Shown here: positions 60,606-64,000 of the stretch, piece by piece
Numbering within the stretch: position 1 is the stretch's first letter
Layout of the letters: each line of letters begins with the position of its first letter
Origin: Poseidonia sp.
GTDB lineage: Archaea > Thermoplasmatota > Poseidoniia > Poseidoniales > Poseidoniaceae
Assembly (NCBI GenBank): GCA_965661285.1
Contig: CBFIDD010000003.1
Location: 32,001-96,000 of the forward strand
Direction: 5' to 3'
Length of the DNA stretch: 64,000 bases
The notes under the pieces: model-generated
What the model saw: the letters and a program-made list of their open reading frames with translations, nothing else
Told to the model about the DNA's origin: nothing
The model's database searches: none
Program-made: the position numbers and the translations under genes

Positions 60606-61026
60606 AATCGCCCAGCGTCTGCAGGGTTTCCAAGGCCACGAAAATCGGAGGCATGTCCTCTTTGACGATATGACGGCTGGTCTTTGGCGGGAAGCAATCT
60701 CCTGAAAGTGCCATGTCGATGACCTCGCGCTTCGTGAGTGAATCACGCCCACAACCAGGCCATACGTCCAATTCAACCAGCTCGTTCTCCAAATAATCAA
60801 CGCACAGCGCAGGGACACGCTTGAGGTTGAGCAAGGCTCCAATGGAATGGCGATGGTGGCCATCAAGAATCGTGCCGGTTTGTTTGTCGACGAGCAAAGG
60901 TTTGGTGTAGCCACCCCAACGCTTCGTCATTTCGAGCAGCTTGTCGCGGTTCCTCACCTTGATCTCTTCGTGAGGCTTCAACCACGCCATAGGAACGAGG
61001 ACGACATCTTCTTCACTCCACGACAT
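60583..61026 (-). CDS. ParB/Sulfiredoxin-fold protein (short SerK/SbnI-like)
   Basis: LKPHEE, ILDGHHR, VDY, LTK.EV, FPPKTSRH. Confidence 0.8.
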   Translation of the reverse strand: MSWSEEDVVLVPMAWLKPHEEIKVRNRDKLLEMTKRWGGYTKPLLVDKQTGTILDGHHRHSIGALLNLKRVPALCVDYLENELVELDVWPGCGRDSLTKREVIDMALSGDCFPPKTSRHIVKEDMPPIFVALETLQTLGDFSSPGGL

Positions 61027-61098
61027 TGGCCTTCGGAGCCACCCTTGTCACATAATGCTTTTTCACAGTCTGCCCAATAGAGCGGAAAGAGGGGAGGC

Positions 61099-62463
61099 AT
61101 GGTGGGAAGTCCGACGCTAACCCGAGGCTTACCTGCCGACCTCGAAGGAGAGCCGTGTCCCCCCCAACTGGTACGGTGGCTTGCAACCCTCCCCGGCGAG
61201 CTCCTTTCCATCCTCGAAACCATCGCCACACAGGGCGAGGGAGCCTGGCTGGTTGGTGGTTGTGTCCGAGATGCTTGGCTGGGGACGCCTTCAACCGACA
61301 TCGACATCTGCACAACATGTCCACCCGACAAGATGATGACCGTTTTCGGGGATCGAGCCATTCCGACAGGCATTGACTTTGGGACGGTCACCATCAAAGG
61401 TGGAGACGGGCATTTTGAAGTCACAACCTTACGTACAGAATCGCTCTACAGAGACGGACGACGACCAGAGCGCGTGGAATGGGGCCGGTCGCTCAAGGAA
61501 GATTTGAGCCGACGAGACTTCACCTTCAACAGCATGGCTGTTGATGTTGCTCGCCAGCGGCTCTATGACCCCCATGGTGGATTGAAGGACCTCCGCAACA
61601 AAACCGTACGAGCCGTTGGTGATGCGGGTCTACGATGCGAGGAAGATGCACTTCGTATCTTGCGAGCCTATCGGTTCATGCGACGAGACGACGGCCCGCT
61701 CTGGACGCTCGAACCTTCCCTCCACAGCGCCATCATCAAACACAGCGCTCGATTGAACATGGTGGCCATCGAACGCCGCTGGATGGAACTGAAGAAAATG
61801 GTGAACGCCCCACGCCCTGGCGAAGTGCTCAATCGAATGCAGGACGACGGTGTCTTGCGATTTTGCTTCACCCGGCTGGCCGTGCTGAATGCGACGTTGT
61901 TTCGTCTTGTTGACCAACACGCCCTTCAATCGCTCGCATTGCACCAACGGCTGGCCTTCTTGATGTGCGAACATGACACAAAGGAGGTCATCGCCCAACT
62001 GCGCGAGTTGCGCACATCGAATGAACTGCAGCGAGCCACGGCTTCCTTTCATGAACAATTGGGACATTTACCCGAGGCCCGAAGCGGGCCGCTTCGAGTG
62101 TTCAATTATGTGCTTGGACCCGCCGCAAAGCAGCATCTTTACGCCCACCAGGTCATGGCTGAAGAAAACATCAACCTTCACACCGGACTTCGGGCGACAA
62201 GCGAGGCTGTGAGTGAAGTGGTGAAGGCATGGTCAAAACTCGGGCCGACACCGGACAAGGCAACGTGCTTGGTTGACGGCCACTGGATCATGGCCAGAAC
62301 CGGCGCGACCGAAGGCATGCGCTTGGGGCGACTAAAACAGTGGCTTCATCGTATCCAAATCGAAGAGAACCTCACTACGGTGGGGGAAATGGAAGTCGCC
62401 TTGAGCAAACTCCCGTTTGAACACGGTGATGTAGAGGGCTGGCCAAGGCCCGTATTCCCATGA
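61099..62463 (+). CDS. cca: class II (bacterial-type) CCA tRNA nucleotidyltransferase
   Basis: LVGGCVRD..LG..DIDI, EVTTLR.E..Y.DGRRP, RRDFTFNSMA, EDALRILR..RF, ER. Confidence 0.88.
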   Translation: MVGSPTLTRGLPADLEGEPCPPQLVRWLATLPGELLSILETIATQGEGAWLVGGCVRDAWLGTPSTDIDICTTCPPDKMMTVFGDRAIPTGIDFGTVTIKGGDGHFEVTTLRTESLYRDGRRPERVEWGRSLKEDLSRRDFTFNSMAVDVARQRLYDPHGGLKDLRNKTVRAVGDAGLRCEEDALRILRAYRFMRRDDGPLWTLEPSLHSAIIKHSARLNMVAIERRWMELKKMVNAPRPGEVLNRMQDDGVLRFCFTRLAVLNATLFRLVDQHALQSLALHQRLAFLMCEHDTKEVIAQLRELRTSNELQRATASFHEQLGHLPEARSGPLRVFNYVLGPAAKQHLYAHQVMAEENINLHTGLRATSEAVSEVVKAWSKLGPTPDKATCLVDGHWIMARTGATEGMRLGRLKQWLHRIQIEENLTTVGEMEVALSKLPFEHGDVEGWPRPVFP

Positions 62464-62506
62464 AAACCGGCATCAATTTGATGACGGTGGACGGGCTGGT
62501 AGATTC

Positions 62507-63580
62507 ATGGCGGCCATCCAACTTCCCGAAGAAGCCGTGTTCAACCGACGAGTTGAAGCCATTTCAAATCGCATCGAAGGCATCACCAACAGCAACACCA
62601 TGGCTGGTTTGCTGAACTCCAATTTCAAAAAGTGGCTCTCCAATTCGGCGATGTCCCCCGTGAAACTGACCGAAGAACTCGATACCAACGCCGACCAGCG
62701 CATTTCAGGCGAAGAATTTGCGACATTGCTCGGAAAAATGACGGGAGAGCGCCCCCCTGAATGGGTGGTTGAAATCGTCTTCTCATTTGTCGAGGCCGAC
62801 CCGAACGACGGCATCCCCATCAACGACTGGATGGCGTTTCTCGCGGCGAGTGGTCTGGACATGCCCGAGGAATTGTTCGAGAAGAAAATTGAGGTCACGG
62901 GCAGCATCGCCATCCTTGACGAGGTGATCCTTGCAAGTCAGCCGTTCTCGGTGACCGTTTCCTTCAACACTGATGTTGTAGCGTATGAATTTAACGTCGT
63001 TGATGCCAACACGGGCAAGGCTCTAGACGAGATATTGACCCCAAATGCGGCCATGGACCGTCCCGATTTTGATGAATTCACGCTTGAAATCGACGAGCCT
63101 GCCGAGTATCTCGCCGAGCTCAAGCACCTTGGTGTCCGCTTGGACAGGCAAATGTTCACGATTTTACCGCTCCCTTCTCCTCAGAAGGAGGTTCATGAAG
63201 AACATCGTGAAGAGCCTGAACACGACATGCCCGAAGAAAACACCGATTCGCATGCCACGGTCGATGTTGATGACGGATTCCATGGCTTTGTCGCCACGAT
63301 TGAAACGGCAAAACTTCGCAGCGACGCCCAAGCCATCATCGCCGATGCACCGGCTTACTCCGTCAAGGCAACCATCACTGCGGTCTCGCGAACCTTGATT
63401 GGAGAAGGCGTGTATCGAAACGGCTTCACCGCGCACTGCACCGAAGACAGCGGCGCCAACTTCCGAGTCATGCTCAAGCCAACAGAAGATGCACCACAAC
63501 CCGGTGGGCGATTTGAGCAAAGCGTGGCGGTGCACGATTGGGACGTGGCCCTCAGGCAACTCATCTGTCGTGAGTTGTGA
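62507..63580 (+). CDS. acidic hypothetical protein with EF-hand-like motif
   Basis: DTNADQRISGEE EF-hand loop and a second degenerate loop (DPNDGIPINDW); beta-rich middle and C-terminal domains. Confidence 0.7.
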   Translation: MAAIQLPEEAVFNRRVEAISNRIEGITNSNTMAGLLNSNFKKWLSNSAMSPVKLTEELDTNADQRISGEEFATLLGKMTGERPPEWVVEIVFSFVEADPNDGIPINDWMAFLAASGLDMPEELFEKKIEVTGSIAILDEVILASQPFSVTVSFNTDVVAYEFNVVDANTGKALDEILTPNAAMDRPDFDEFTLEIDEPAEYLAELKHLGVRLDRQMFTILPLPSPQKEVHEEHREEPEHDMPEENTDSHATVDVDDGFHGFVATIETAKLRSDAQAIIADAPAYSVKATITAVSRTLIGEGVYRNGFTAHCTEDSGANFRVMLKPTEDAPQPGGRFEQSVAVHDWDVALRQLICREL

Positions 63581-63585
63581 GGCGT

Positions 63586-64000
63586 TCACTTCAGAGCTCG
63601 GGCAATAACGATGCGCTGCACTTCTTGTGTACCCTCGTAAATCTGTGTAATCTTAGCATCCCTGAAGAATCGCTCCACGGGGAATTCCTTGGTATAGCCG
63701 TAGCCACCGAGCACCTGAATGGCTCGTTCAGAGACCCACATGGCGGTATCACCGGCAAACAATTTGGCCATGCTGGCCTCTTTGGAATGACGGGGTCCGT
63801 CGGCGTGGTAGTGCTGCTCTTTGGTCCAGGCCGCTTTGTAGACCAAGAGGCGAGCTGCCTCAATTTGGGTCGCCATGTCAGCGAGGTAGGCCATAATCAT
63901 CTGATGGTAGGCGATCGGTTTCCCGAAAGCCTCGCGCTCGTGTGCGTATTGCAAAGCGGACTCGTACGCCCCCTGGGCGATGCCCAAGGCTTGGGCAGCA
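63586..64000 (-). CDS. acyl-CoA dehydrogenase, C-terminal part (truncated by the window edge)
   Basis: [55 protein letters not shown]. Confidence 0.93.
   Translation of the reverse strand, partial: AAQALGIAQGAYESALQYAHEREAFGKPIAYHQMIMAYLADMATQIEAARLLVYKAAWTKEQHYHADGPRHSKEASMAKLFAGDTAMWVSERAIQVLGGYGYTKEFPVERFFRDAKITQIYEGTQEVQRIVIARALK

Overview
Gene-dense, GC-rich archaeal chromosome segment. It carries archaeal informational genes (L44e, S27e, aIF2-alpha, Nop10, L10e, ABCE1, RPA, Hel308, Cgi121) and ether-lipid genes. These sit alongside bacterial-type gyrAB, mutSL, a class II CCA-adding enzyme and several secreted or membrane peptidases. This combination points to Marine Group II Euryarchaeota (Poseidoniales/Thermoplasmatota); that assignment is an inference. 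I found about 52 CDS and one tRNA-Ser(CGA), and saw no CRISPR array, transposase, integrase or rRNA. Best candidates for undescribed biology: (1) a tandem pair of paralogous Fe-S PD-(D/E)XK (Cas4/AddB-like) nucleases, each fused to RPA-like OB folds and lying downstream of rpl10e-ABCE1; (2) a minimised Tad/type IV pilus machine directly downstream of the RPA genes, with a phage-tail-like small protein, a convergent triple-SAP protein and a nearby pilin; (3) an H/ACA-like hairpin right after nop10; (4) several domain oddities, namely a membrane-anchored Smr domain, a thymidylate kinase with a wHTH-like extension, a degenerate HemC, a PIP-box MutS and a Zn-less L44e. All protein calls come from motif recognition by eye; no searches were run.
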